Assembly (NCBI GenBank): GCA_014763665.1
Contig: JACXUY010000001.1
Span: 2,598-66,597, forward strand
From: Gammaproteobacteria bacterium
GTDB lineage: Bacteria > Pseudomonadota > Gammaproteobacteria > Thiomicrospirales > Thiomicrospiraceae
Length of the DNA: 64,000 nucleotides
Reading direction: 5' to 3'
Shown here: piece after piece, positions 47,702 through 59,081 of the stretch
Position numbering within the stretch: position 1 is the stretch's first letter
How the letters are laid out: each line of letters opens with the position of its first letter
Position numbers and translations under genes: made by a program
The notes under the pieces: generated by a model
Databases searched by the model: none
What the model saw: only the letters and a program-made list of their open reading frames with translations
Told to the model about the DNA's origin: nothing

Positions 47702-48955
47702 ATGGCCGAAATTCGTAACTATACGCTTAACTTTGGACCACAACATCCTTCTGCGCATGGTGTTTTACGCCTCGTATTAGAGTTGGATGGTGAAACCATT
47801 GTTCGTGCTGACCCACATATCGGTTTACTGCACCGTGGTACAGAAAAACTTGCAGAGTACAAGCCTTACAATCAATCCATTGGTTACATGGATCGTCTCG
47901 ATTATGTGTCTATGATGGTCAATGAACATGCTTATGTCATGACCATTGAAAAATTGCTTGGCCTTGAAGTGCCAGAGCGCGCTCAGTACATTCGTGTCAT
48001 GTTTGATGAAGTGACGCGTATTCTGAATCACTTGTTGTGGTTGGGTGCGCATGCACTGGATATAGGTGCAATGACCGTATTTTTATATGCTTTCCGTGAG
48101 CGTGAAGATTTAATGGACTGTTATGAGGCGGTTTCAGGTGCGCGTATGCATGCAACCTACTATCGTCCTGGTGGTGTTTATCGTGATTTGCCCGATAGCA
48201 TGCCTAAGTATGAATATACGCCTTTTCGTTCTAAAAAAGATGTTGACCGTTTAAATGAAACGCGTCACGGTTCGATGTTGGATTTCTTGCAAGCCTTTAC
48301 CGAACGCTTCCCAGCTTATGTTGATGAGTATGAAACGCTGTTAACGGACAATCGTATTTGGAAACAACGTACGGTCGATATTGGCATTGTTTCGCCTGAG
48401 CGTGCGTTGCAACTTGGCTTTACGGGGCCTATGTTGCGTGGTTCGGGTATTGCTTGGGATTTACGTAAAACCCAACCCTACGAAGTTTATGATCGCATTA
48501 ACTTTGATATCCCCGTTGGTAAAACAGGTGATTCCTATGACCGTTATCTGGTTCGTGTTGCCGAAATGCGTGAATCCAACAAGATTATTCGTCAGTGTAT
48601 CGAGTGGTTGAGAGCTAATCCAGGTCCAGTGATTACGGAAAATCTGAAAGTGGCTGCGCCTAAGCGCGAACACATGAAAGAAAACATGGAAGCTTTGATT
48701 CACCACTTTAAACTCTTCACCGAGGGTTATTGTTTACCAGAAGGTGAGGCTTACGCAGCAGTCGAGCATCCTAAGGGTGAATTGGGTGTGTACATGATTT
48801 CTGATGGTGCAAATAAGCCTTATCGCCTAAAAATTCGTGCTCCAGGTTTTGCACACTTGGCTTCGTTAGATGAAATGTCGCGTGGTCATATGATTGCCGA
48901 CGTAGTAACCATAATTGGAACTCAAGATATCGTATTCGGGGAGATTGACCGCTAA
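47702..48955 (+). CDS. nuoD: NADH-quinone oxidoreductase subunit D
   Basis: 417 aa with [27 protein letters not shown] and a C-terminal DIVFGEIDR. Confidence 0.96.
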   Translation: MAEIRNYTLNFGPQHPSAHGVLRLVLELDGETIVRADPHIGLLHRGTEKLAEYKPYNQSIGYMDRLDYVSMMVNEHAYVMTIEKLLGLEVPERAQYIRVMFDEVTRILNHLLWLGAHALDIGAMTVFLYAFREREDLMDCYEAVSGARMHATYYRPGGVYRDLPDSMPKYEYTPFRSKKDVDRLNETRHGSMLDFLQAFTERFPAYVDEYETLLTDNRIWKQRTVDIGIVSPERALQLGFTGPMLRGSGIAWDLRKTQPYEVYDRINFDIPVGKTGDSYDRYLVRVAEMRESNKIIRQCIEWLRANPGPVITENLKVAAPKREHMKENMEALIHHFKLFTEGYCLPEGEAYAAVEHPKGELGVYMISDGANKPYRLKIRAPGFAHLASLDEMSRGHMIADVVTIIGTQDIVFGEIDR

Positions 48956-49437
48956 TGTCTATAATTCAAGGACAAGTGAAAGCTGATATTGACCATTGGA
49001 TCGCTCAATATCCAGAAGGACAACAGAAATCGGCGGTTATGCCAGGGTTGACTGTGATTCAAAAGGCTAACGGTGGCTATTTGACAGAAGCCTTGATGGA
49101 TGAGCTGGCTGACTACCTAGATATTACACCTATTGAGGTTTACGAAGTTGCTACTTTCTACTCGATGTATGAACATCAACCTGTCGGTAAGCACAAGATT
49201 TGTGTGTGTACGAATATTTCCTGCATGCTACGCGGTTCAGATGATGTGGTTGAGCACCTGAAAAAACGCTTGGGCGTTTCTGATTTTGGTGAAATTTCTG
49301 CTGATGGTAAGTTCTCGATTAAGGAAGTGGAGTGCTTGGGCGCTTGTGTTGGCGCGCCTATGTTTCAAATTGGTGATCATTATCATGAACATCTTACCCC
49401 TGAAAAAATCGATGCTATTTTGGCAAGCTTGGAGTAA
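48955..49437 (+). CDS. nuoE: NADH-quinone oxidoreductase subunit E
   Basis: 160 aa 2Fe-2S subunit with cysteines in ICVCTNISC and ECLGAC. Confidence 0.94.
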   Translation: MSIIQGQVKADIDHWIAQYPEGQQKSAVMPGLTVIQKANGGYLTEALMDELADYLDITPIEVYEVATFYSMYEHQPVGKHKICVCTNISCMLRGSDDVVEHLKKRLGVSDFGEISADGKFSIKEVECLGACVGAPMFQIGDHYHEHLTPEKIDAILASLE

Positions 49438-49443
49438 CGGCAG

Positions 49444-50718
49444 ATGATGAATGAAAATTGTTTTCGCACCTTGCATTTACCAGAGCCATGGACGCTCAAG
49501 ACCTACGTTGAAAACGGCGGTTATGAAGTCTGGAAAAAGGTAGTTTCAGGCGAAATTCCTCCAGAAGAAATTATCGACCAAGTTAAAATTTCGGCTTTAC
49601 GTGGTCGTGGTGGTGCTGGTTTCCCGACAGGTCTTAAATGGAGCTTTATGAATCGTCGTGCTCCAGGGCCAAAATATCTGCTGTGTAATTCGGACGAAGG
49701 CGAACCAGGTACCTGTAAAGATCGAGACATTCTGCGTTACAATCCACATCAACTCATTGAGGGTATGTGTATTGCGGCCTATGTGATTGGTGCGAGTCGT
49801 GGTTACAACTACATTCGTGGTGAGTTTGTTGAGCCGATTAATCGTTATTTAAGTGCGGTTGATGAGGCACGTGCTGCAGGTTTTCTAGGTAAGGACATTC
49901 TGGGTTCTGGTTTCGATTTTGATTTGTTTGTGCATTTGGGCGCTGGTGCGTACATTTGTGGTGAAGAAACGGCACTTATTGAATCTATCGAAGGTAAAAA
50001 GGGGATGCCGCGCTTCAAGCCGCCTTTCCCTGCGAGTTTTGGTTTATATGGTCGTCCGACCACCATTAATAACACCGAGACGCTGGCCTCTATTCCTATG
50101 ATTCTTGCCAAAGGCGGTCAGTGGTTCTTAGAGTTAGGTAAACCCAATAACGGTGGTACTAAGCTGTTTTCGGTGTCGGGTCATGTCGAGAAACCAGGCA
50201 ACCAAGAAGTTCGCATGGGTACGCCATTCAAAACCCTACTCGAAAACGCTGGCGGTATCTGGAAAGGTCGCCAGCTGAAAGCGGTCATCCCAGGCGGTTC
50301 TTCTACTCCTGTCTTGCCAGCAGAAAAAGCACTGGCAATGGATATGGACTATGACAGTATCTCTAAAGCAGGCTCTTATTTAGGGGCTGGTTCCGTCATC
50401 ATCATGGATGAAACAACGGACATGGTGAAAGTATTGGAACGTCTTAGCTACTTTTACTATGAAGAGTCTTGCGGTCAATGTACGCCTTGTCGTGAGGGCA
50501 CCGGTTGGATGCATCGCGTTGTGAAGCGTATTGCACAAGGAAAGGGGCGCCCTGAAGATTTAACCTTGTTACGTGATGTGGGTGGTCGCATTACGGGTAA
50601 GGTTATTTGCGGCTTGGGTGATGCAGCGGCAATCCCGGTCACCAGCTTTTTGAAACACTTCGGTCATGAGTTCGAACATTATGTTGAGTATGGCTGTAGT
50701 ATTTATGACCGCATGTAA
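49444..50718 (+). CDS. nuoF: NADH-quinone oxidoreductase subunit F
   Basis: 424 aa. FMN/NADH site [22 protein letters not shown], and the 4Fe-4S site [12 protein letters not shown]. Confidence 0.96.
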   Translation: MMNENCFRTLHLPEPWTLKTYVENGGYEVWKKVVSGEIPPEEIIDQVKISALRGRGGAGFPTGLKWSFMNRRAPGPKYLLCNSDEGEPGTCKDRDILRYNPHQLIEGMCIAAYVIGASRGYNYIRGEFVEPINRYLSAVDEARAAGFLGKDILGSGFDFDLFVHLGAGAYICGEETALIESIEGKKGMPRFKPPFPASFGLYGRPTTINNTETLASIPMILAKGGQWFLELGKPNNGGTKLFSVSGHVEKPGNQEVRMGTPFKTLLENAGGIWKGRQLKAVIPGGSSTPVLPAEKALAMDMDYDSISKAGSYLGAGSVIIMDETTDMVKVLERLSYFYYEESCGQCTPCREGTGWMHRVVKRIAQGKGRPEDLTLLRDVGGRITGKVICGLGDAAAIPVTSFLKHFGHEFEHYVEYGCSIYDRM

Positions 50719-50751
50719 CGTGTCCGTGATTAGACATGCACAAGTGATGGT

Positions 50752-53043
50752 ATGCATATGGTAAAGATTGAAATTAACGGTCAGGTCATCAAGGCCCGTG
50801 AAGGGTTGATGTTGATTGATGTAGCAGATGATGCGGGTATTAATATTCCGCGTTTCTGTTATCACAAAAAACTATCGGTAGCGGCAAACTGTCGTATGTG
50901 CTTGGTAGAGGTTGCGGGTGCGCCTAAGACCTTACCTGCTTGCGCGACGCCAGTGACCGATGGTATGAAAGTGATGACCAAATCACCCAAAGCTATGGCA
51001 GCACAGAAAGCAGTGATGGAGTTTTTACTCATTAATCACCCATTAGACTGTCCAATTTGTGACCAAGGTGGTGAGTGCGAGTTACAAGACGTGTCTATGC
51101 TCTACGGGCAGGACATTAGTCGCTTCAATGAAGGCAAGCGTATTCTTGGCGACAAGGATATTGGGCCTTTAGTACAAACGGATATGACGCGTTGCATCCA
51201 CTGTACCCGTTGTGTGCGTTTTGGTAAAGAAGTGGCAGGTATCATGGAATTGGGTGCGACAGGACGCGGTGAGCATATGGAAATCGGTACCTATGTTGCC
51301 AAATCCATGGTATCGGAACTGTCGGGCAATGTCATTGACTTGTGCCCAGTGGGTGCCTTGACCTCAAAACCTTATCGTTATACGGCTCGCGCTTGGGAAT
51401 TACAAGCAACACCTTCGATTGCGATTCATGATGGTTTGGGTTCTCATACCTATATTCATCATAAACAAGGTCAGATTAAGCGTGTTGTGCCGCGCGAAAA
51501 TGAAGCCATCAACGAAACCTGGTTGTCTGACCGTGATCGTTTCTCATACACCAGCTTAAATCATAATCGTTTGACGCAGCCGATGCGTAAGGTTGATGGT
51601 GAGTGGAAGGTTGTCGACTGGGAAACAGCCCTAACAGAAGTGGCTGCCTTATTATCCGGTCAGTTAGCCTATAATGCGAATAGTGTCGGTGCCTTAGTTA
51701 GTCCAACAGCCAGCGTTGAAGAGTTGTATTTATTACAAGAGTTGTTATCGGCGAAAGGTTGCCATAACATCGATCATCGTTTACATCAGCAAGACTTTGC
51801 TGCTGACGAGGCTGGTGTTATGCCTTATCTGGCCATGCCGATTGAACAAGTAGAGAAAGTAAAAGCCGCTTTGTTGATTGGTTCTAATCTGCGTCATGAG
51901 CAGCCTCTGCTTAATCAGCGTTTGCGCAAAGCTACTCAAATGCGTGCCAAAGTCATGGCGATTAACCCAGTCGATTTTGATTTAAGTTACCGATTATCGG
52001 CTAAAGCAACGCTTTCAGTGTCAGATATGGTGACGACATTAGCGGGTGTTGCTAAGGCGTTGAGTGCTAATCAATCGTTAAGTAACCGTGAGTCGTCTTT
52101 ATTGGAAGGTGTTGTTGTTACTGACATCACTCAAAAAATGGCCGATCAGTTGTCGGTTGAAGGGGATAAGCTCATTATTCTCGGTCAGTTGGCGCAGAGT
52201 CATGTTTCTTTTACACGTTTATTACAATTAGCGAGCCTTGTGGCGCGTTTGTCTGGTGCTCAATTATCTTGGTTGCCTGAGTCGGGTAACAGCCTGGGTG
52301 CTGCTTTGGTTGGTGCGCAGCCTAAAGAGTCAGGAATGAATGCAGCAGAGATGCTACGCAAGGGTATGGATAACTGGTTGTTGTGGAATGTCGATCCAAC
52401 AGCAGACTGCCTGCTTCCTGAGGCAACTCAGTTAACTGGTCGTGTTGTTGCGGTGTCAGCGTTTGATACACCCGGCTTACGTGCTGTTTCGGATTGGTTG
52501 TTGCCAATTGCCGCTTTTGGTGAAGCAGCAGGGTCTTACGTCAATGCGAATGGCCTATGGCAGTTTGCACCCGTTGCCTTAACAACTGTTGGTGATGCCA
52601 AACCGGGTTGGAAGGTGCTACGTGTGCTAGGCAACATGATGAATGTATCTGGCTTTGACTATGTATCCTTAGATCAAGTTACCGAAGCAGCCAAAGCGAT
52701 GGCTATTGCACCTAAGGTTGTTGATCATGATGCTTTAATGAACTTAACAAGTCAGCCAGATAGTACTGGTAGATTTGCTCGCGTTGCTGAATTGCCTATG
52801 TATGCTAACGATATTTATGTACGTCATGCTCAGCCTTTGCAAGCGCATCAACATGCTGGTCAGGCGGTGCTTCGAATGAATCCGCAAGAAGTTACTGATG
52901 CGGTTGTACGCGTTCAGGACGTCAACGGAACTCTGTTAGAGCTGAATGTGGTTGCTGATGCGCGTGTTGCAGTGGGTAACATTGTGGCACCGATGAGTTT
53001 GCTGGCAAGTCTGCCAGCTGACTTTTTGAGTTTGGCAGCTTAG
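50752..53043 (+). CDS. nuoG: NADH-quinone oxidoreductase subunit G
   Basis: 763 aa. N-terminal 2Fe-2S and 4Fe-4S motifs (CRMC, HPLDCPICDQGGEC, CIHCTRCVRF). The start may be ATG 50758. Confidence 0.95.
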   Translation: MHMVKIEINGQVIKAREGLMLIDVADDAGINIPRFCYHKKLSVAANCRMCLVEVAGAPKTLPACATPVTDGMKVMTKSPKAMAAQKAVMEFLLINHPLDCPICDQGGECELQDVSMLYGQDISRFNEGKRILGDKDIGPLVQTDMTRCIHCTRCVRFGKEVAGIMELGATGRGEHMEIGTYVAKSMVSELSGNVIDLCPVGALTSKPYRYTARAWELQATPSIAIHDGLGSHTYIHHKQGQIKRVVPRENEAINETWLSDRDRFSYTSLNHNRLTQPMRKVDGEWKVVDWETALTEVAALLSGQLAYNANSVGALVSPTASVEELYLLQELLSAKGCHNIDHRLHQQDFAADEAGVMPYLAMPIEQVEKVKAALLIGSNLRHEQPLLNQRLRKATQMRAKVMAINPVDFDLSYRLSAKATLSVSDMVTTLAGVAKALSANQSLSNRESSLLEGVVVTDITQKMADQLSVEGDKLIILGQLAQSHVSFTRLLQLASLVARLSGAQLSWLPESGNSLGAALVGAQPKESGMNAAEMLRKGMDNWLLWNVDPTADCLLPEATQLTGRVVAVSAFDTPGLRAVSDWLLPIAAFGEAAGSYVNANGLWQFAPVALTTVGDAKPGWKVLRVLGNMMNVSGFDYVSLDQVTEAAKAMAIAPKVVDHDALMNLTSQPDSTGRFARVAELPMYANDIYVRHAQPLQAHQHAGQAVLRMNPQEVTDAVVRVQDVNGTLLELNVVADARVAVGNIVAPMSLLASLPADFLSLAA

Positions 53044-53053
53044 GAGTCAATGA

Positions 53054-54130
53054 ATGTTTGAAAGTTTACAGCTGTTTTTAGCTCAGTGGGTTCCAGACAG
53101 TATAGCGACGGTGCTGGTCATTTTGGTACAAGCCGCTATGGTAATTGTTCCTTTGATGTTGGCCGTGGCTTACTTAACTTACGCTGAACGTAAGGTTATT
53201 GGCTACATGCAGATACGCTTAGGCCCTAATCGTGTTGGTCCAGGTGGTTGGTTGCAGCCGATTGCCGATGCGCTGAAGTTGTTGATGAAAGAAGTGATTA
53301 TTCCTTCTAAGTCTAACGTTTATCTTTTTGTTATTGCGCCTGTTTTAGCCATTGCACCTGCTATTGCGGTATGGGCGGTAGTGCCTTTTGCCGATGGTGT
53401 TGTGGTCGCTGATATTAATGCTGGTTTGCTTTACATTTTAGCCATTTCATCGATTGGTGTGTATGGTGTGGTGGTTGCCGGTTGGGCATCTAACTCTAAG
53501 TATGCATTTTTGGGTGCCTTGCGTTCGTCGGCGCAAAAAGTTTCTTATGAAATCGCTATGGGGTTCGCACTGGTGACTGTTATCATGACCGCCGGCAGTA
53601 TGAACTTGACGGAAATTGTCAATGGACAACAGGGCGGTATGCTCTCTTGGTATTGGATTCCGTTATTACCGATGTTTGTTGTCTACTTCATCGCCGGAGT
53701 TGCAGAAACGAACCGTGCACCCTTTGACGTTGCCGAGGGCGAATCTGAAATTGTTGCTGGTTTCCACGTTGATTATTCGGGTATGACCTTTGCGGTTTTC
53801 TTCTTGGCTGAATATGCCATGATGATTCTGATTTCCTTCCTCACCGCCATTATGTTTATGGGAGGATGGTTATCTCCGTTTGAGGGAATTCCTGGACTTG
53901 AGACACTGTTTAGTTTTGTGCCTGCTTTCGTTTGGATAGCATTAAAAGTTTCTTTCCTGCTGTTTGTCTTTTTATGGTTCCGTGCCACTTTCCCACGTTA
54001 CCGTTATGACCAGATTATGCGCCTGGGCTGGAAGATTTTTATTCCGTTAACCATTCTATGGGTATTTGTGGTGGGCGTTATGGCATACTTTAAAGTTGCT
54101 CCTTGGTTTGTTAATGGAGGTGTTGCATGA
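53054..54130 (+). CDS. nuoH: NADH-quinone oxidoreductase subunit H
   Basis: 358 aa polytopic protein with [21 protein letters not shown] and AETNRAPFD. Confidence 0.96.
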   Translation: MFESLQLFLAQWVPDSIATVLVILVQAAMVIVPLMLAVAYLTYAERKVIGYMQIRLGPNRVGPGGWLQPIADALKLLMKEVIIPSKSNVYLFVIAPVLAIAPAIAVWAVVPFADGVVVADINAGLLYILAISSIGVYGVVVAGWASNSKYAFLGALRSSAQKVSYEIAMGFALVTVIMTAGSMNLTEIVNGQQGGMLSWYWIPLLPMFVVYFIAGVAETNRAPFDVAEGESEIVAGFHVDYSGMTFAVFFLAEYAMMILISFLTAIMFMGGWLSPFEGIPGLETLFSFVPAFVWIALKVSFLLFVFLWFRATFPRYRYDQIMRLGWKIFIPLTILWVFVVGVMAYFKVAPWFVNGGVA

Positions 54131-54618
54131 TTGCTGCGTTGAAGCGCCAGCTTAAAACCTGGACACTGTGGGAGTTATTCCAGGGTTTAGCAATCACTGG
54201 TAAGTATCTGTTTAAAAGCAAGATCACGGTATTGTATCCTGAAGAAAAAACACCTATGTCACCGCGTTTTCGTGGGAAACATGCTCTGCGCCGTTATGCT
54301 AATGGTGAAGAGCGCTGTATTGCCTGTAAATTATGTGAAGCCGTTTGTCCCGCTAATGCAATTACGATTGAATCAGAAGCACGCGATGATGGCTCTCGTA
54401 GAACGACTGTTTACGATATCGATCTGTTTAAGTGCATTTACTGTGGTTTTTGTGAAGAAGCCTGTCCGGTGGATGCTATCGTTGAAACGCGTGTTTACGA
54501 ATATGCCTTCGAACCAGGTGAAATTCATGTTATGAATAAAGACATGTTATTAGCTCATGGTGACAAGATGGAAGCACAAATTGCAGCAGATCGCGCTGCA
54601 GATGCTAAGTACCGATAA
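54127..54618 (+). CDS. nuoI: NADH-quinone oxidoreductase subunit I
   Basis: 163 aa with two ferredoxin motifs, [12 protein letters not shown] and [12 protein letters not shown]. Confidence 0.96.
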   Translation: MIAALKRQLKTWTLWELFQGLAITGKYLFKSKITVLYPEEKTPMSPRFRGKHALRRYANGEERCIACKLCEAVCPANAITIESEARDDGSRRTTVYDIDLFKCIYCGFCEEACPVDAIVETRVYEYAFEPGEIHVMNKDMLLAHGDKMEAQIAADRAADAKYR

Positions 54619-54632
54619 GTGGGAATGACATC

Positions 54633-55268
54633 ATGGGTGTAGAAAAGTTTTTGTTTTATGTGTTTGTGTTAATAGCCGTTTTCGCTTCTTTGGGGGTCAT
54701 TGGTTCGCGCAATCCTGTGAGATCAGCGCTTTTCCTTGTCTTGGCCTTCGTTGCAACGGCAGGTGTCTGGTTGTTGTTGCAAGCAGAATTTTTGGGCATT
54801 GTGCTTATTCTCGTTTATGTTGGCGCGGTCATGGTACTCTTCCTGTTCGTCATTATGATGTTGGATATTAATTTAACACCATTAAAAGAAGGTTTCGCTC
54901 GTTATTTACCCATTGGTATTGTGGTGGCCTTGGTGGTGTTGGCCGAAATGGCGATGGTGCTGAACCCAACTTTCTTTGGCTTGCAGAATTTCCCATCTCC
55001 TGTTGCACTTGCAGTGACAGACAGTAATACCAAAATGTTAGGTCAATTGCTGTTTACTGAATACTTGTTTGCGTTTGAATTAGCGGCGGTGTTGCTGTTG
55101 CTTTCTATCGTTGCTGCCATTGTATTGACCTTGCGTCGTCGCCACCAAAGTGAAGCCTTGTATCAAGATGTGGGCGTTCAGGTGCGCGTGCAAGCCAGCG
55201 ATCGTCTGACGATGGTCAAAATGGCTCCAACCGTCAAAGCTAACGCGCCTGAACAGGGAGCTGAGTAA
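54633..55268 (+). CDS. nuoJ: NADH-quinone oxidoreductase subunit J
   Basis: 211 aa membrane subunit in the conserved position. Contains [29 protein letters not shown]. Confidence 0.93.
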   Translation: MGVEKFLFYVFVLIAVFASLGVIGSRNPVRSALFLVLAFVATAGVWLLLQAEFLGIVLILVYVGAVMVLFLFVIMMLDINLTPLKEGFARYLPIGIVVALVVLAEMAMVLNPTFFGLQNFPSPVALAVTDSNTKMLGQLLFTEYLFAFELAAVLLLLSIVAAIVLTLRRRHQSEALYQDVGVQVRVQASDRLTMVKMAPTVKANAPEQGAE

Positions 55269-55582
55269 TGAGTGAAATGATTCAATTGTCGGACGTGCTG
55301 CTTTTCGGTGCCGTGTTGTTTGTATTAAGTTTGGCAGGCATCTTCCTGAATCGTAAAAACTTAATCATTATTTTGATGAGCATTGAGTTGATGTTGTTGG
55401 CGGTAAATACGAATTTGGTTGCTTTTTCGAGTTTTCAAGGCAATATGCATGGTCAAGTGTTTGTATTTTTTATTTTAACCGTTGCGGCGGCTGAAGCGGC
55501 TATTGGTTTGGCATTGTTGGTGTTGTTATTCCGTAATAAGCACAGTATTAATGTTGATGATTTAAGTGAAATGAAGGGATAA
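55268..55582 (+). CDS. nuoK: NADH-quinone oxidoreductase subunit K
   Basis: 104 aa, 3 TM. Contains [10 protein letters not shown] and [13 protein letters not shown]. Confidence 0.94.
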   Translation: MSEMIQLSDVLLFGAVLFVLSLAGIFLNRKNLIIILMSIELMLLAVNTNLVAFSSFQGNMHGQVFVFFILTVAAAEAAIGLALLVLLFRNKHSINVDDLSEMKG

Positions 55583-55587
55583 AACGG

Positions 55588-57537
55588 ATGTCAATGCATG
55601 CTATTTTTCTCACCATTTTATTGTCGCCGTTAGTAGGTGCGGTTGGTGCAGGTATTTTTGGGCGCTGGTTAGGTCGCGCAGGCTCTCACCGTATTACGAT
55701 TGCGTCGGTAGCAGTTTCGGCTGCTCTGTCCGCTTACGTTTTTTATCTTTACGTGTTTGCGGGTGCTGAGTCATACAACGCCACTATTTACACGTGGATG
55801 GTCTCGGATGGTATCCGCTTTGAAGCAGGCTTCCTAGTGGATCGTCTCACAGCAACCATGATGTTGGTGGTGACGTTTGTTTCCTTGATGGTACATATTT
55901 ATACCATCGGTTACATGGAGCATGAAGAAGGTTATGAGCGCTTCTTTAGTTACATTTCTCTGTTCACTTTTTCCATGTTGTCATTGGTTATGGCAAACAA
56001 CTTCTTGCAATTATTCTTTGGTTGGGAAGCGGTTGGTTTAGTATCTTATTTATTGATTGGTTTCTACTTCAAGCGTGAGTCTGCCAATCAGGCCAGCTTA
56101 AAAGCCTTCTTGGTTAACCGTGTGGGTGACTTTGGCTTCTTATTGGGTATTGCCTTAGTGGTTGGCTATTTCGGTACCTTGGATTATGCTGAGTTTTTTG
56201 ATGGCTTAGCTGCTCATACAGGTACGAGTATCATGTTCGGTGATACGGCTATTCACATGCTGACACTGATGACGATGTTACTATTTGTCGGAGCTATGGG
56301 TAAGTCGGCACAAATGCCGTTGCACGTTTGGTTACCTGAGTCGATGGAAGGTCCGACGCCGATTTCTGCCTTAATCCATGCGGCAACCATGGTGACTGCC
56401 GGTATCTTTATGGTGGCTCGTTTATCTCCTGCCTATGAGTTGGCAGAGGGTACCTTGACCTTTATTCTGTTAACCGGTGCTTTCACTGCCTTATTAATGG
56501 GGCTTCTGGGTATTGTGCAGACAGACATTAAGCGTGTGGTTGCTTACTCAACCTTATCACAATTAGGTTATATGGTGGCTGCTTTGGGTGTTTCTGCTTA
56601 TGCAGCGGGTATGTTCCATGTTCTGACACACGCTTTCTTTAAAGCCTTGTTATTCTTGGCAGCGGGTTCGGTGATTATTGCCATGCATCATGACCAAGAT
56701 ATTCGCAATATGGGTGGATTGGCGAAGAAAATGCCGATTACCTATGTGGCATTATTAATTGGTTCGCTAGCATTAATTGGCTTCCCAGGTTTTTCAGGCT
56801 TCTATTCAAAAGATGGCATTTTAATGGCGATCTCAGAGGCGGACTCTGTTGCTGCGCAGCTTGCTTTTGTGATGTTGTTGGTAGGCGTGTTTGTCACGGC
56901 TTTCTATAGTTTCCGTATGTTCTTTATTGTTTTCCACGGTAAAGAAAGTGATTATGTGCGCACGCACGATATTCATGAGTCGCCTTGGGTAGTCACCTTG
57001 CCATTAATTGCCCTGGCGATTCCAGCCGTGTTCTTTGGCGGACTGTTTGTCGAACCTATCTTATTTGGTGATATGTTTGCTGATGCCATTACGGTTACAC
57101 CAGAACATAATGTCTTTGCACGGGTTGCTGAACACGGCACTTCTGCACTGGATATGTTGTTACATGGTCTGATGGCCTTACCGACATGGTTTGCTTTGGC
57201 TGGTGTTGCTTTAGCTTGGTTCCTCTACATGAAACGCCCTGAATTGGCACCTGTGTTTGCCCAGCGTTTCGCGGGGGCATATGCTAGCTTGCGTCATGCC
57301 TATGGCTTTGATCGTTTCAACGATATCGTCTTTGTTCAGGGTACGCGTCGTATCGGTGAATTCTGTTCTCGTGTAACCGATAGCAAAATGATCGACGGTT
57401 GGGTTGTTAATGGAACGGCTAACGCCATTGCTTTCCTAGCTGCGAAAGGTCGTTATGCTCAGACGGGCTATTTGTATCACTACGCTTTTATCATGATTTT
57501 TAGCCTGATGGGGTTATTAGCATGGGCATTATGGTAA
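55588..57537 (+). CDS. nuoL: NADH-quinone oxidoreductase subunit L
   Basis: 649 aa antiporter-like subunit with WEAVGLVSYLLIGF and GKSAQMPLHVWLPESMEGPTPISALIHAATMV. Confidence 0.96.
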   Translation: MSMHAIFLTILLSPLVGAVGAGIFGRWLGRAGSHRITIASVAVSAALSAYVFYLYVFAGAESYNATIYTWMVSDGIRFEAGFLVDRLTATMMLVVTFVSLMVHIYTIGYMEHEEGYERFFSYISLFTFSMLSLVMANNFLQLFFGWEAVGLVSYLLIGFYFKRESANQASLKAFLVNRVGDFGFLLGIALVVGYFGTLDYAEFFDGLAAHTGTSIMFGDTAIHMLTLMTMLLFVGAMGKSAQMPLHVWLPESMEGPTPISALIHAATMVTAGIFMVARLSPAYELAEGTLTFILLTGAFTALLMGLLGIVQTDIKRVVAYSTLSQLGYMVAALGVSAYAAGMFHVLTHAFFKALLFLAAGSVIIAMHHDQDIRNMGGLAKKMPITYVALLIGSLALIGFPGFSGFYSKDGILMAISEADSVAAQLAFVMLLVGVFVTAFYSFRMFFIVFHGKESDYVRTHDIHESPWVVTLPLIALAIPAVFFGGLFVEPILFGDMFADAITVTPEHNVFARVAEHGTSALDMLLHGLMALPTWFALAGVALAWFLYMKRPELAPVFAQRFAGAYASLRHAYGFDRFNDIVFVQGTRRIGEFCSRVTDSKMIDGWVVNGTANAIAFLAAKGRYAQTGYLYHYAFIMIFSLMGLLAWALW

Positions 57538-57568
57538 CCACCAGTAGCATTAATAAGGACGAATAAGG

Positions 57569-59080
57569 ATGACACAATTTCCACTACTGAGTGCATTGAT
57601 TTGGTTGCCGATTCTATCGGGCCTACTGGTGCTGATGATGCGACATCAACCTAACCTAGCCAAGCAATTTGCGCTTTGGTCTTCGGTTCTGGTATTTATT
57701 TTGTCATTAGGACTTTACACAGGGTTTGACAATACAACAGCTCAAATGCAGTTCGTTGAGCAAGCGAGTTGGATTTCAGCTTTTAACATTCAATACTTCT
57801 TGGGTGTTGATGGTCTGTCCATGCCATTGGTTATTTTAACCACCTTCACCACAGTATTGGCTGTCTGGTCAGCATTTGACTGTATTAAAGAGCGTGTCGA
57901 GCAGTACATGGCCGCCTTCCTAATAATGAACGGTATTATGGTTGGCGTCTTTTCTGCTTTGGATGCGGTTCTTTTCTATGTATTCTGGGAAGTTTTGCTC
58001 GTCCCTATGTTCTTAGTTATTGGCCAATGGGGTGGTCAACGTCGTGTTTATGCGACAATTAAGTTCTTCCTTTATACCTTTTTGGGTTCAGTATTCATGT
58101 TGATTGCCTTTCTGTATATGTACAGTCAGATTGGTAGTTTTTCATTACTTGATTTCCAAGCCATGCCATTAGGGTTTACGGCACAGATTTTAATTTTCTT
58201 GGCTTTCTTGATTGCTTTTGCCGTCAAAATCCCCATGTTCCCGGTGCATACTTGGTTGCCCGATGCGCACGTTGAAGCGCCGACCGCGGGTTCTGTGGTG
58301 CTGGCAGCGATTATGCTTAAAATGGGTGGTTATGGTTTCGTTCGTCTCTCGTTACCCATGGCGCCAGATGCGGCCAATGAATTGGATTGGTTGGTTATCA
58401 GCCTGTCGATTATCGCCATTGTTTATATCTCGGTGATTGCCATGGTGCAGAAAGATATGAAGAAGTTGGTTGCCTATTCCTCTATTGCACACATGGGCTT
58501 TGTCACTCTGGGGATGTTTTTGCTCTACGGTATTCTGCGTAATACGGGTGAAGTGCAGGGGGCGATTATGGGTCTGGAAGGTGCGATGATTCAAATGATT
58601 TCGCATGGTTTGATCTCTGCCGCCATGTTCCTTGCCATTGGCGTGATGTATGACCGTATGCACACCCGTGAAATATCCGCTTATGGTGGTGTCGTTAATA
58701 CTATGCCGGTATTTGCTGTGTTTGTATTGTTGTTTGCCATGGCGAATGCGGGTTTACCAGGAACCTCTGGGTTTGTCGGTGAATTTATGGTTATTTTGGC
58801 GGCTTTCAAGTCCAACTTCTGGATCGCTTTAGCAGCGGCTACGACACTGATTTTGGGTGCAGCTTACACGCTGTGGATGGTTAAGCGCGTTATTTTTGGC
58901 GATGTTGTGAATCACCATGTTGCTGAATTGTCTGATTTGAATCGTCGAGAGTTTGCCATTATGTCCATTTTGGCAGTTGCGGTTGTCGCTTTAGGGTTTT
59001 ACCCAGCACCCGTGATGGATATTATGCACGCTTCTGTTGCTCATTTAGTTGAGCAAGCGATGACTTCTAAGTTGCCTTGA
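57569..59080 (+). CDS. nuoM: NADH-quinone oxidoreductase subunit M
   Basis: 503 aa antiporter-like subunit with FPVHTWLPDAHVEAPTAGSVVLAAIMLK. Confidence 0.96.
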   Translation: MTQFPLLSALIWLPILSGLLVLMMRHQPNLAKQFALWSSVLVFILSLGLYTGFDNTTAQMQFVEQASWISAFNIQYFLGVDGLSMPLVILTTFTTVLAVWSAFDCIKERVEQYMAAFLIMNGIMVGVFSALDAVLFYVFWEVLLVPMFLVIGQWGGQRRVYATIKFFLYTFLGSVFMLIAFLYMYSQIGSFSLLDFQAMPLGFTAQILIFLAFLIAFAVKIPMFPVHTWLPDAHVEAPTAGSVVLAAIMLKMGGYGFVRLSLPMAPDAANELDWLVISLSIIAIVYISVIAMVQKDMKKLVAYSSIAHMGFVTLGMFLLYGILRNTGEVQGAIMGLEGAMIQMISHGLISAAMFLAIGVMYDRMHTREISAYGGVVNTMPVFAVFVLLFAMANAGLPGTSGFVGEFMVILAAFKSNFWIALAAATTLILGAAYTLWMVKRVIFGDVVNHHVAELSDLNRREFAIMSILAVAVVALGFYPAPVMDIMHASVAHLVEQAMTSKLP

Positions 59081-59081
59081 T